From NCBI GenBank assembly GCA_016840425.1, contig JAEOSI010000133.1, positions 1 through 6,440 on the forward strand: a stretch of 6,440 nt of DNA, read 5' to 3'. The translations under genes and the position numbers were made by a program. Of this stretch, positions 5,830 to 6,440 are shown in pieces; position 1 is the stretch's first letter; the number at the start of each line of letters is the position of its first letter. Source of the DNA: Candidatus Wukongarchaeum yapensis. Its GTDB lineage: Archaea > Asgardarchaeota > Wukongarchaeia > Wukongarchaeales > Wukongarchaeaceae. The notes beneath the pieces are model-generated. The model saw only the letters and a program-made list of their open reading frames with translations, ran no database searches and was not told where the DNA came from.

Positions 5830-5986
5830 TGAAGTTTTTAAAAATATTAAATAGGCGTTTATCTTTTGATAGACTTTTTATTTTGATTCGTGGATTGCTC
5901 TACCTGAAAATTAGGTAAAGCTTCAATTTTGGGTTCATTTAAAAACAAGGAAATACTTCAAAAAGGGCTAATTTTGGTCTACTTTC

Positions 5987-6003
5987 AAAAAAAGAGGGAA
6001 AAA
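5987..6003 (-). terminator. Oligo-T terminator after the membrane protein gene
   Basis: Minus strand reads TTTTTCCCTCTTTTTTT, starting 8 nt after the stop at 6011. Confidence 0.55.
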
Positions 6004-6010
6004 GGGTTTT

Positions 6011-6421
6011 TTAGTCTGAGAAGGCTAATTTGACATCTTTGTCGAAAAGTAAATATCCTAGTATTATGAGTCCTATAACTACTCCTGCGACAGATCCGTA
6101 TGTTTCGGATTCCAAGCCTATAAGATATAGTTGGTAAGCACTAAAAACAATAACTGCAAGAGTTATTAATATTCCTAATGCCCTAGCCCACGATAGGGTA
6201 AGCCAGAAACCTATAGCCATAAGGAGGGCGAAAATACCTATAGCGATAGTTACATAACCTGCGTTCTTTATATCAGATTCGGTTACGTCTTCTATTTCTT
6301 CGGCGATTCCTGAAGGATCATCAATCATCATGGCTCCTACAGCTAAAAGAAATAGTGCGACTAGGAATCCTAATATGGATATTATGGTTATTCCTGCTGG
6401 CCTTGCATATTTAACTCCCAT
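6011..6421 (-). CDS. Hypothetical four-helix membrane protein
   Basis: 136 aa with four hydrophobic segments, an N-terminal RPAGITIISIL motif and an acidic loop (DDPSGIAEEIEDVTESD) between TM1 and TM2. A strong SD, AAGGAGGT, is at 6429-6436. Confidence 0.85.
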   Translation of the reverse strand: MGVKYARPAGITIISILGFLVALFLLAVGAMMIDDPSGIAEEIEDVTESDIKNAGYVTIAIGIFALLMAIGFWLTLSWARALGILITLAVIVFSAYQLYLIGLESETYGSVAGVVIGLIILGYLLFDKDVKLAFSD

Positions 6422-6440
6422 TTTTAAAACCTCCTTACCA

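Noticed and set aside
5901-5917. TACCT-N7-AGGTA hairpin
   Set aside because: A 5-bp stem is too weak to call.

Overview
AT-rich window that looks archaeal. This is inferred from GGTGA-type ribosome-binding sites, BRE-TATA promoters, oligo-T terminators and a Clp1-family kinase. All seven supportable genes are on the minus strand. In transcription order (right to left) they are: a 4-TM membrane protein; a 70-aa Cys/His protein; an LsrF-type thiolase/class I aldolase; a Zn-dependent MDR dehydrogenase; a stand-alone HEAT-repeat protein; a three-domain Clp1/Nol9-family polynucleotide kinase; and a gene missing from the ORF track. That gene (1191 to <1, TTG start, running off the left edge) encodes an ExeA/AAA_22-like AAA+ ATPase with apparently degenerate catalytic motifs and a C-terminal ArsR-type winged HTH. 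The two best leads are (i) the Cys protein-lsrF-MDR cassette with no lsrK/lsrG nearby, whose chemistry fits an undescribed deoxypentulose-phosphate to acetyl-CoA + DHAP route, and (ii) the AAA+-wHTH gene, which has a palindrome over its BRE, phased A-tracts upstream and a probable coupled gene beyond the window edge.
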